DNA of 64,000 nt from an uncultured delta proteobacterium. Lineage in GTDB: Bacteria; Myxococcota_A; Polyangia; Palsa-1104. The stretch is taken from assembly GCA_963785725.1 (NCBI GenBank), contig CAWAWS010000005.1:160001-224000 (forward strand). The letters are read 5' to 3'. The notes beneath the pieces are model-generated. The model had not been told where the DNA came from. It saw nothing but the letters and a program-made list of their open reading frames with translations, and made no database searches. The translations under genes and the position numbers were made by a program. Positions 38,519-47,482 of this stretch are shown here, one piece after another (the first letter of the stretch is position 1; every line of letters starts with the position of its first letter).

Positions 38519-39363
38519 TGATTGACCGTCAACACCAACGTCGGCGCATGGATCTGATGGTCGGCGGAGATGGGAATGACCGACGTCCCGACTGCAAAGA
38601 ATTCGATGACGTGCGTATCCCAGTTGCCGTGCGTCTGTTCGTGAATCTCGGTGCCGACGACGCCGACGGCGCCCGCCGACATCGCCTCGGTCTGCATGCG
38701 CTCCATCGCCAATTCGCGCGCGTCATACAAGGCCTGCGTGAAGTTGGGCATCTCGCAGTTGCGGCCGACCGTCTTCATCCAGCCGCCCAAGCCCTGATGC
38801 GCGACGTGATAGACGCAATTGCCCATGACCAACTCGACGGGACGATAGCCCGAGCGCAACAGCGTCCAGAAGTCCTGTCCCGACAAGTCGCTCGTAAACG
38901 GCTTTCCGGTCGGCGTGCGATGGGAGACGCCGGCGCCGTGGACGACGGCCGTGCCGACGGCGATGAACTCGAGGACATTCTCGCCCCAGGCGTGTCTTTT
39001 GACCTCCAAGCGCACCCCGATGATTCCGTCGGCGGCGAGCGCGTCGGCCTCGGCCTCCATCCGCGCCATGGCCAGCTCGCGCGCGTGATAGAGCGCCTGC
39101 GTCAAAACGCCCATCTCCTCGTTCTTGGACCAATGGCCGCGCTGATAACCGACGTGATAAATCGACGAGCCCATCACTAATCCCACGGGCTCGAAGCCGC
39201 TCTCTTTCACCAACAGGAATTCATTGACCGACAGATCGCTGGTGAAGAGGCCGCGCGCGCCCGGCACGCCGCGCATCTTTGCCAGTCGCTCTCTGGCGTG
39301 CGCGGGAAGATCGGCCAATTGACCGGCGACTGCATTATCGAGAGGCGCATTGGGATCAGCCAT
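38515..39363 (-). CDS. Tandem YbjQ-like domain protein 2
   Basis: FTSDLSVNEF and FTSDLSGQDF repeats, ARELAMARM, EFIAVGTAV. Confidence 0.88.
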   Translation of the reverse strand: MADPNAPLDNAVAGQLADLPAHARERLAKMRGVPGARGLFTSDLSVNEFLLVKESGFEPVGLVMGSSIYHVGYQRGHWSKNEEMGVLTQALYHARELAMARMEAEADALAADGIIGVRLEVKRHAWGENVLEFIAVGTAVVHGAGVSHRTPTGKPFTSDLSGQDFWTLLRSGYRPVELVMGNCVYHVAHQGLGGWMKTVGRNCEMPNFTQALYDARELAMERMQTEAMSAGAVGVVGTEIHEQTHGNWDTHVIEFFAVGTSVIPISADHQIHAPTLVLTVNQ

Positions 39364-40234
39364 GATGGTCTCCGTGCGGCATAGACTGCGCTGCCAGATC
39401 GATCGTTTTACCGCCGCCCAAATCGAGCACCAAGCGCGGTCGTGGCAAGGTCGGCGTGCTCTTACGAATGACCGCAGTGCCAATCATCAACACCTCGGTC
39501 TTGAAGGCCGTGTGCTCGCGGTCGGGATTGGAGGTGCTCCATTCGTGCTGATGGAAATGGCGCTGCAGCTCGACGCCGACGGCCGCGTGCGCCTGTAAAG
39601 CGCCAATCTCGGCCTGAAAGCGCGCGATCGCCAGAGACTGCGCCTGATCGATACTCTGCGTGTGGCCGGTCATGAGCTGATTGAACCAATTGCCGTCCGA
39701 GGAACAGTCGCAATGACGGTCGTACCAAGTGCAATTGCCCATCGCGATTCCGAGCGGCCATTGTCCCGCCAGCTCCAGCTTGTAAAGCGCTTGCGCCGAC
39801 AGATGCGTCAATATCGGTCGCCCGCCGCCGGTCGCTTTAGGCAGGCGAACGGCGGTGCCAATGGCGGTGAACTCCATGAGCTCGCCCGACCATTCGTAGC
39901 CTTTGACGGTCAGCTCGACCCCAATGACGGCGTGCGCGCCGAGAATCGCCGCCTCTTCTTCGAGGCGACCGAGCGCCAAGGCGCGCGCCTGTCGCTGGGC
40001 GTGCGTGACGTTGGTGAGCTCGCCGCCGCTCCAGCTCGCCGCCGTCGCCCAGCCCATGTGATAGATCGACGAGCCCATCACCTGGCCGATCGCTTCGTAG
40101 CCGGCGAGCCGGGCGATGGCGGTCTCGGCGACGGAGAAGGTGCTCGTAAAAAATCGCTGCGACTTCCCCGCCGCTTCCGTCACGCGCGCCCGCGCGCGCT
40201 CCGGCAGCCCGCCCTCTTCGAAGCTCAGCGCCAT
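39356..40234 (-). CDS. Tandem YbjQ-like domain protein 1
   Basis: FTSTFSVAE, ARALALGRL, GAHAVIGV and EFTAIGTAV; second repeat carries CTWYDRHCDC. Confidence 0.82.
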   Translation of the reverse strand: MALSFEEGGLPERARARVTEAAGKSQRFFTSTFSVAETAIARLAGYEAIGQVMGSSIYHMGWATAASWSGGELTNVTHAQRQARALALGRLEEEAAILGAHAVIGVELTVKGYEWSGELMEFTAIGTAVRLPKATGGGRPILTHLSAQALYKLELAGQWPLGIAMGNCTWYDRHCDCSSDGNWFNQLMTGHTQSIDQAQSLAIARFQAEIGALQAHAAVGVELQRHFHQHEWSTSNPDREHTAFKTEVLMIGTAVIRKSTPTLPRPRLVLDLGGGKTIDLAAQSMPHGDHHG

Positions 40235-40384
40235 GTTGCGATGCTAAGCGAAGCCGCGCGAGCCAGCCAATTTTGCGGCGATTTGCGCTTGCAGCGCCCG
40301 CCACTGACCGGCGGTCAGCGGACGTTGACAATCTTTCACTCGGCCGATATTTTGTGTGCTAACTAATTCGACGGGAGGCGCAAC

Positions 40385-40873
40385 CTGCTTCGTGGCGAGC
40401 TCAAAGAAGATCTCGATCGCATCGTCGAGACCATCATCTACTTGGTCACCGAGAGTCGGCGGCTGTCCAAGGAAGAGGCGACGCGCATCGGCGTCACGCC
40501 GACGCAGCTGTCGGTGCTCAAGCTGCTGCAGGAGATTGGCGACCTCTCGCTCGGTACGCTGTCGAAGCAGATTCGCGCGCACAACTCGACCGTCACCGGA
40601 ATCGTCGATCGCATGGAGACGGCGGGGCTGGTCGAGCGCGCGCGGTCGGACCAAGATCGGCGCGTGTGGATCATTCGGCTGACGGCGGCCGGCCGCAAGA
40701 TCGCCGAGCGCGCCCGGGTTTCGCCGTGGGACTTGCTGCGCCACGCGCTCAGCGAGCTGACGGCGGGCGATCAAGAGAAGCTGACGTCGGTGTTGCGCAA
40801 AGTGGCGGCCAATGTGCAAAGCGCCGCCGATCCCCAACTATTGAAGGAGATCAAGAATGGCTCTCGGCGATAA
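40385..40873 (+). CDS. MarR family transcriptional regulator (probable CTG start)
   Basis: GVTPTQLSVL...STVTGIVDRME...DRRVWIIRLT. The frame is open upstream to a CTG at 40385, with GGAGG 6 nt before it. Confidence 0.88.
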   Translation: MLRGELKEDLDRIVETIIYLVTESRRLSKEEATRIGVTPTQLSVLKLLQEIGDLSLGTLSKQIRAHNSTVTGIVDRMETAGLVERARSDQDRRVWIIRLTAAGRKIAERARVSPWDLLRHALSELTAGDQEKLTSVLRKVAANVQSAADPQLLKEIKNGSRR

Positions 40874-41714
40874 GGTCATCGTCACTTGTGCCGTCACCGG
40901 CGCGGTCACCACCAAGAAGCAGTGCGCCGCGATTCCTTATACCGCCGTGGAGATTGGCGAGGAGTGCCGGCGCGCCTACGAAGCGGGCGCCACCGTCGTG
41001 CACGTTCACGGTCGCAGCGACGAGGGTCAACCCTCTTACGAGAACGAAGTGTTCGAGGCCTACAAGCGCGAGATCGAAGCGCGCTGTCCCGTCATCATCA
41101 ACTTTTCGACGGGCGCCGTCGGGCTCACCAAAGAGCAGCGCATCGCGCATATCATCAAGACGAAACCGCATATCGGCGCGCTCAATATGGGCTCGATGAA
41201 TTACGCGAAGTATTCGAGCAAGCGTAAGGACTTCGTCTTCAGCCTCGTCTTCGCCAATCCCTTCGACGAGATCATTTATTACCTCAAGCAAATGAACGAA
41301 GCCGGCGTGCGCGCCGAGTGCGAATGCTTCGACACCGCGCACGTCGCCTCTTTGGATCCGCTATTGGACATGGGTCTCTTGCAGGGACCGATCGACATCA
41401 ACATCGTGCTCGGCGTCATGGGCGGCGCACCGTCGACGCCCGATCATTTGAACTTCATCGCCACGCATTTGCCCAAAGGCTCCGTGTGGAAGACGACGCC
41501 GATCTCGCAGGCGACGTGGCCGTTGACCGCGATGGCGCTGGGAATGGGCGGCAATGTGCGCGTCGGTCTGGAAGACAACTTCTATTTGCCGACCGGCGAG
41601 ATGGTGCAGTCGAACGGCGAATTGGTGGCGGCGGCCGTGCAGATGGCGCGTTCGGCCGGCCGCACGCCGGCGACGGTCGAAGAGACGAAACAGATTCTCG
41701 GCATTACGCGATAA
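40857..41714 (+). CDS. Beta-keto acid cleavage enzyme (BKACE/DUF849, Kce-like)
   Basis: VTCAVTGA, GATVVHVHGR, INFSTG, LNMGSMN and NVRVGLEDN. Confidence 0.92.
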   Translation: MALGDKVIVTCAVTGAVTTKKQCAAIPYTAVEIGEECRRAYEAGATVVHVHGRSDEGQPSYENEVFEAYKREIEARCPVIINFSTGAVGLTKEQRIAHIIKTKPHIGALNMGSMNYAKYSSKRKDFVFSLVFANPFDEIIYYLKQMNEAGVRAECECFDTAHVASLDPLLDMGLLQGPIDINIVLGVMGGAPSTPDHLNFIATHLPKGSVWKTTPISQATWPLTAMALGMGGNVRVGLEDNFYLPTGEMVQSNGELVAAAVQMARSAGRTPATVEETKQILGITR

Positions 41715-41727
41715 GGAACCATTGACG

Positions 41728-43290
41728 ATGAAGATGCGTGACCGCGTAAAAGACCTCGAAGAGCGCCGTGCCCAGATCAAGCAGATGGGCGGCGAAGACA
41801 AAGTCCGTAAGCAGCACGAGCGCGGCAAGTGGACGGCGCGCGAGCGGATGGACCGCCTGTTCGACGACGGCAAATGGTTCGAGGTCGGCATTCACGGCAC
41901 GCAGATGGCTTATTACGGCGACGACAAGCCGCCGGCCGACGCCGTCGTCTGTGGTTATGGCCACGTCGACGGGCGCATGGTGTGCGCCGCCGCTTATGAC
42001 TTCACGGTCAAAGGCGGCAGCATCGGGCAGACCGGCGAAGTCAAGGTGTCGCGCTTACGCGAGATCGCGCTGCGCAGCCGCATTCCGATGATCTGGTTCA
42101 TCGACTCCGCCGGCGCGCGCATCGATCCGCAAGCGGGACAAAATGGCGACTTATTGTCGCTCTTCGCCGGCGCGGGCGCGCTGTTTCGCGAAGAGGTCAT
42201 CATGTCGGGCGTCGTTCCGCTGGTCGCGGCCATGGTCGGTCCGGGCGCCGCCGGAACGGCTTACATTCCGGGATTGGCCGACTTCGTGCCGATGATGAAG
42301 GACGTCGGCTCGATGGCGCTTGGGTGGCCCGCCGCTCGTCAAAGCCGTCACCGGACAGGACATTGGCGAGCAGGAATTGGGCGGCAGTAAGGTTCATACC
42401 GAGAAGTCGGGCGTCGGCGACGTCGAAGTGGCCGACGACTCGGAGTGCTTCGGGGACGATCAAGGAATATCTGTCGTTCTTTCCGTCATCGTGTGAGATC
42501 GAAGCCGCCGATCATGGTCTGCAATGATCCGATCGACCGGCGCGAAGAGGCGCTGCTCGATCTGTTGCCGGAGTCGACGCGGCAGTCTTATGACATGTTG
42601 GAGATCATTCGCCACGTCGTCGACTATGGCCGACTGCTGGAATTGAAGCCCAAGTTCGCGCGCGCCATCATTACGGGGTTGGCGCGGATCGGCGGTCGTC
42701 CCTGCGGCATCGTCGCCAACAATCCGCGTCATATGGGCGGCATTCTCACCAATGACAGTGCCGACAAAGCGGCGCGGTTCATTCAGATTTGCGACGCGTT
42801 CAATGTTCCTTTGGTGTTCTTGATGGACGTGCCCGGCTTCATGGTCGGCAGCAAAGTCGAGCACGAAGGGATCATTCGCCACGGCGCCAAGATGCTGCAC
42901 GCGATGGCGTCGGCGACGGTGCCGAAGCTGACCTGCGTCGTGCGTAAAGGCTACGGCGCCGGCTATTTCGTCATGGCCGGACGGGCTTACGAGCCCGATC
43001 TGATCGTCGCTTGGCCGGGCGCCGAGATCAGCGTCATGGGCGCCGACGGCATGGTCGGCATCGCCGGTAAGAAGCTGTTTCCGGGCGGCGATCCGCCGCC
43101 GGAAGTGCGACAGCAGTTGGCGGCGGCCATTCAACAGCACATCGACGTCTATAAAGTCGCCGGCTGGGGATTGGTCGACGACGTCATCGATCCGCGCGAT
43201 ACGCGGCAGGTGTTGGCGCGCGGGCTCGAGCTGGCCTGGAACAAGAAGGTCGAGCGGCCGTGGCGCAAGCACGGGATCATGCCGGTTTAA
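41728..43290 (+). CDS. Acyl-CoA carboxylase carboxyltransferase (beta) subunit; three apparent +1 frameshifts (~42322, ~42453, ~42498)
   Basis: [35 protein letters not shown]...[12 protein letters not shown] and GIIRHGAK are spread over three frames. Confidence 0.9.
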
Positions 43291-43353
43291 AGCACGTCCT
43301 AAAGAGACAGACATAGCTCGCGACGTCCGCGGAACGGAACAACGGAGGCGGCG

Positions 43354-44559
43354 ATGATCGACTTTACCGACGAGCAGAAGATGGCGCAGCAGATGCTGCG
43401 TCAATGGACCACCAAAGAGCTGGCGCCGCACGTCGCGCGCATGGAAAAAGGCGAGATCCTGCCTTATGACATCGCGCGTAAGCTCATTTCGTCTTTCGGT
43501 ATCGACGAGATGGTGCGCGCGCTGTTCAAGAAGATGGAGACGAGCGACAAAGGCGCGCCTAAAGAACGTGCGATAGGCGATCCGAGCTTGATGGCGATTG
43601 TCTCACTGGAGCTGTCGCGCGTCTGTCCCGGCTTTTGCCTGGCCTTCGGCGCGTCGCTCGGGCTCGCCGGCGGCGCCATCATGGCCAAAGGGACCTTGGC
43701 GCAGAAGCAGCGTTGGGCGCTGCCGATTCTGGTCGGCGACAAAGTCGGCGCGTGGTCGATGACCGAGCCGGGCGCCGGCTCCGACGCGTTCGGCTCGATG
43801 CGCACGACTGCGCGCCGCGACGGCGCCGACTTCGTCATCAATGGACAAAAGACGTTCATTACCAATGCGCCTTACGCCGATACCTTTGTCGTGTATGCGA
43901 AGTTGGAGGGCGCGGACGCGGCGCGACAGCGGCCATTTCACGCATTCATCGTCGACAAAGGCACGCCCGGACTGAGCGTCGGTAAGCCCATGGACAAGAT
44001 GGGCATGCATTCGTCGCCGACCGGCGAAGTGTTCTTGAGCGACGTGCGCGTGCCCGCGAGTCAGCTGCTCGGCGAGACGCTGGACGAGCCGTCGCGCGAG
44101 CAGGCGCGCGACGTGTTTCACGGCGAGCGCACGGCCATGGCGCCGATGTGTCTCGGAATCATCGAGCGCTGTCTCGAGGATTCCTTGGCCTATGCCAAAG
44201 AGCGCGAGACGTGGGGGCAGCGAATCGCCGACTACCAGCTGATCCAGGAGAAGCTGGCGCGCATGTATATGCACCGCGAGAATGTGCGTAATCTATTGTT
44301 TCGGCAGTTCGAGAAGATGCATAAGAAAGTGCCGATTACGATGGCGGAGGCGTCGGCCTGTAAGCTGTATTGCGGGCGCGCCGCGACGGAGACGGCGCTC
44401 GAGGCCATCCAGATCATGGGCGGCAACGGGTATATGCGCGAATATCATGTCGAGATGTTGATGCGCGACGCCAAGCTGCTGCAGATCGGCGGCGGCACCG
44501 ACGAGATTCAGATCGTCACCGTCGCGCGCGCGCTCGTCAAAGACGGGTTGCCGCAGTAG
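43354..44559 (+). CDS. Acyl-CoA dehydrogenase
   Basis: MTEPGAGSD, INGQKTFITNA, DKMGMHSSPT, QIMGGNGY and IGGGTDEIQ. Confidence 0.95.
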   Translation: MIDFTDEQKMAQQMLRQWTTKELAPHVARMEKGEILPYDIARKLISSFGIDEMVRALFKKMETSDKGAPKERAIGDPSLMAIVSLELSRVCPGFCLAFGASLGLAGGAIMAKGTLAQKQRWALPILVGDKVGAWSMTEPGAGSDAFGSMRTTARRDGADFVINGQKTFITNAPYADTFVVYAKLEGADAARQRPFHAFIVDKGTPGLSVGKPMDKMGMHSSPTGEVFLSDVRVPASQLLGETLDEPSREQARDVFHGERTAMAPMCLGIIERCLEDSLAYAKERETWGQRIADYQLIQEKLARMYMHRENVRNLLFRQFEKMHKKVPITMAEASACKLYCGRAATETALEAIQIMGGNGYMREYHVEMLMRDAKLLQIGGGTDEIQIVTVARALVKDGLPQ

Positions 44560-44629
44560 CGTCCGTAAGACCGGCATTCATTCATGGGCGGCTTTCGTAT
44601 TCTTTAGCGAGCGGCTACGATAACGACGC

Positions 44630-45352
44630 ATGTCCGACCACGGGCACGACGAGCAGCACGAAGGCGCCTCGCGGGGCGCGGCGCTGCGCAACTTCGTCTT
44701 CGGCACGTCCGACGGGCTGGTCACGGTGTTGGCGTTCGTCGCCGGCGTCTCGGCGTCGCTGGCGTCGCGGCGGCTCGTGCTCATGGCGGGCGTGGCCGAG
44801 ATGTTCGCCGGCGCCGTGTCGATGGGCCTGGGCGCGTTCTTGGGCACGCGCGCCGAGCGCGACTGGTACGAGCGCGAACGGCAGCGCGAGGAGCTGGAGG
44901 TGGCGAAGATCCCGCACCTCGAGAAAGAAGAGCTGCGCGACATCTATCGCAAAAAAGGGCTCGACGGCGAGACGCTGGAGCGCGTCGTCGACGCCTTTAC
45001 CGCGAACGAGAAGCGCTGGGTCGACATCATGATGACCGAGGAGCTCGGGCTGCAGCCGGTCGAGAGCTCGCCCTGGTCGGCGGGTGTCGTGGTCGGCGGC
45101 TCCTACGTCATCGCGGCGGCGGTGCCGCTGGCGCCCTACCTCGCGCTCGTCGGCACGCCGGCGCTGGCGGTGTCGATGGCGGTGACGGCGGTGGCGCTGG
45201 GCGCGGTCGGCGTCGCCAAGGCGCGGCTGACGCAGCGGCCGCAGCTGCGCGCCGGCGTCGAGACGATGGCGACGGGGCTCATCGGCACGACGATTTGCTG
45301 GGGCATCGGCCGCGGCGTCGCCCACTTTTTCGGCGGCGGCGCCGCGCCCTGA
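44630..45352 (+). CDS. VIT1/CCC1 family iron/manganese transporter
   Basis: LRNFVFGTSDGLVT, AGAVSMGLG and MMTEELGL. Confidence 0.92.
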   Translation: MSDHGHDEQHEGASRGAALRNFVFGTSDGLVTVLAFVAGVSASLASRRLVLMAGVAEMFAGAVSMGLGAFLGTRAERDWYERERQREELEVAKIPHLEKEELRDIYRKKGLDGETLERVVDAFTANEKRWVDIMMTEELGLQPVESSPWSAGVVVGGSYVIAAAVPLAPYLALVGTPALAVSMAVTAVALGAVGVAKARLTQRPQLRAGVETMATGLIGTTICWGIGRGVAHFFGGGAAP

Positions 45353-45376
45353 CGCGACGCGAACAAGGAGCAGGCG

Positions 45377-46210
45377 ATGGCAATCAAGCTCGATCTCGTG
45401 GGCCAGAAGTCGAAGCCCATCCCGTTTACGTACGGCTGGAAAGATACGGCGCTCTATGCGCTCGGCGTCGGCGTCAAAGCGAGCCAGCTCGATTACGTGT
45501 ACGAGGCGCGCGGGCCCAAGGTGCTGCCGACGTTCGCGGTGGTGCCCTCGTTCACGTCGATGATCGCCGTCGCCGGTGACCTCGGCGCCAACCCGATGAT
45601 GATCCTGCACGGCGAGCAGCAGATCATCCTGCACCGGCCGATTCCGCCGGGCGGCACGCTCGCCACCGTCTCCGAGGTCAAAGGCATCTACGACAAAGGC
45701 AAGGGCGCGCTCGTCGTCGTCGAGGCGCGCACCAGCGACGAGAGCGGCGCGCCGGTCTTCGACAACGTGTTCTCGATCTTCGTGCGCGGCGAAGGCGGCT
45801 TCGGCGGCGAGCGCGGTCCCGAAGCCGTCAAAGCCGACCCGCCGGCGACGGCGCCCGACTTCGAGGTCGTCGAGACGACGACGGCCGAGCAGGCGCTGCT
45901 CTATCGACTGTCGGGCGACTACAACCCGCTGCACGTCGATCCCAACATGGCCAAGTTCGGCGGCTTCGATCGGCCGATCCTGCACGGCCTGTGCACGTAC
46001 GGCTTCGCCGGCCGCGCCATCCTCGCCGGCGCCTGCGGCGACGACCCGGCGCGCCTGCGCTCGTTCGGCGCGCGCTTCAGCGGCGTCGTCTTCCCCGGCG
46101 ACACGCTGACGACGCGCGGCTGGCGCGTGGCCGACGGCCGCTACGTCATCACCGTCGCGACGCAAGACGGCAAGCTCGTCCTGTCGAACGCCGTCGCCGA
46201 AGTCGCCTGA
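45377..46210 (+). CDS. Double-hotdog MaoC/hydratase-2 enoyl-CoA hydratase
   Basis: LYALGVG, LHGEQ and LYRLSGDYNPLHVDP...PILHGLCT. Confidence 0.93.
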   Translation: MAIKLDLVGQKSKPIPFTYGWKDTALYALGVGVKASQLDYVYEARGPKVLPTFAVVPSFTSMIAVAGDLGANPMMILHGEQQIILHRPIPPGGTLATVSEVKGIYDKGKGALVVVEARTSDESGAPVFDNVFSIFVRGEGGFGGERGPEAVKADPPATAPDFEVVETTTAEQALLYRLSGDYNPLHVDPNMAKFGGFDRPILHGLCTYGFAGRAILAGACGDDPARLRSFGARFSGVVFPGDTLTTRGWRVADGRYVITVATQDGKLVLSNAVAEVA

Positions 46211-46407
46211 CGCGCCGCGCGGCGCCGCGGCGTGTGCCGGCGCGCCTGCGCGAGCCATTGCGATGCAAGCGATCATGGCCATCGTCTTGGGGGCGCTCAG
46301 CACGTTCGACAGCCTGCTCGTCTACTTCGTGTGAGTCTCGGCATTCCCGTCTACCGCCTCATCGCGCGCAAGCAAACGGCCGATCGGTAGCCATCGCCGC
46401 GTTCGGG

Positions 46408-46413
46408 TATAAT
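46408..46413 (+). promoter_or_regulatory. Consensus -10 box (TATAAT) 6 nt upstream of ATG; probable leaderless transcript
   Basis: TATAAT at 46408-46413, ATG at 46420. Confidence 0.6.
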
Positions 46414-46419
46414 CGGGGG

Positions 46420-46716
46420 ATGGGCGATCCCTACGCCTCGAGCCGTCTTCAGCTGGAGCAGGTGGTCACCCGTGGCGCCGGGCACACCGAGCCGTCGCTC
46501 AGAGAGGCCATCGCGCGCGGCCAAGCGCCGCCCGAATTGGCCGCGCTCGTCGACAAGGTGCGGCGCCACGCCTACAAAGTGACCGACGAAGACCTCGCCG
46601 CGCTCAAGGCGACGTGGTCGGACGACCAGATCTTCGAGATCGTGGTCGCCGCGGCCTTGGGCGCTGCGGGCGATCGGCTGCGCGCAGGCCTGGCCGCGCT
46701 GGACGGAGTGGACTGA
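46420..46716 (+). CDS. Small AhpD/CMD-like helical protein without Cys
   Basis: LVDKVRRHAYKVTDEDLAALKATWSDDQIFEIVVAAA resembles the C-terminal half of CMD proteins; TGATG-coupled to the next gene. Confidence 0.75.
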   Translation: MGDPYASSRLQLEQVVTRGAGHTEPSLREAIARGQAPPELAALVDKVRRHAYKVTDEDLAALKATWSDDQIFEIVVAAALGAAGDRLRAGLAALDGVD

Positions 46717-47297
46717 TGCGACTCGCCAAGCTCGACCACGGGCACAGCTTCAAGCACAAGCTGCTGCTGCGGGCCATCAAGCTCTTCTCGGGATATCGCG
46801 CGCCCGACGTGGTCAAGACGCTCATCTATCGTGCGGCGTTCTTCGGCGACGCGCAGTCGCAGCTGACGCAGGAAGTGATGCGCGGCCCGTCGGAGTGGAC
46901 GGTCGGCGAGCGCGAGATCTTCGCCGCGTTCGTCTCGCGCTTGAACCAGTGTCTGTTTTGAACGAACGCTCATGCCGCGGTCGCGGCAATGTGCGTGGGT
47001 GACGAGCTGACCCAGCAGATCCTGGCGGACTACGAGACGGCGCCGATCGACGACAAGCTGCGCGCGATGCTCGGCGTCTTGAAGAAGCTGACGCTCGAAC
47101 CGGAGCAGGTTGGACCCGCGGACATGAAGCCGCTGCGCGCGCTCGGCCTCTCGAAGCAGAAGATCGCGGACGCGATGTACGTCATGTTCCTCTTCAACAT
47201 CTACGATCGGCTCGCCGACACGTTCGGGTGGGAAGTGCCGGTCCGCGCCGCGTTCGACGTCGGCGCAAAGCGGCTCCTTACGCGCGGCTATCGGTGA
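46716..47297 (+). CDS. AhpD/carboxymuconolactone decarboxylase-like peroxidase-related protein, probable selenoprotein (UGA-Sec at 46959-46961)
   Basis: EREIFAAFVSRLNQCLF-UGA-TNAH continues in frame into ...KKLTLEP...FNIYDRLADTFG; CxxU..H motif plus downstream hairpin. Confidence 0.85.
46966..46996 (+). other. Bacterial SECIS-like stem-loop
   Basis: ACGC-T-CA-TGCCGC [GGTC] GCGGCA-A-TG-T-GCGT; the apical loop begins with G, 17 nt after the UGA. Confidence 0.75.
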
Positions 47298-47482
47298 CGC
47301 GGATCGGGTTGCCGCAGCCGGCTGAGTCGCCGGACTTGTGGGCCGCGTCGTCGCGGAAGTCCGCTGCTTCCGCGCCCGCCACGCCAACGTCACCGCTGCC
47401 CCGCCCTTCACGCCCGCTCCGCTCTGCCTCGCCGCGCAACAAAAACTGTCGCGCCCGCCGATCGTCGACTACCCTTGCCTCG

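Noticed and set aside
46959..46961. TGA as a nonsense mutation or true stop splitting two genes
   Set aside because: It falls exactly on the second Cys position of the CxxC motif and is followed by a SECIS-like hairpin, so Sec recoding is favoured.
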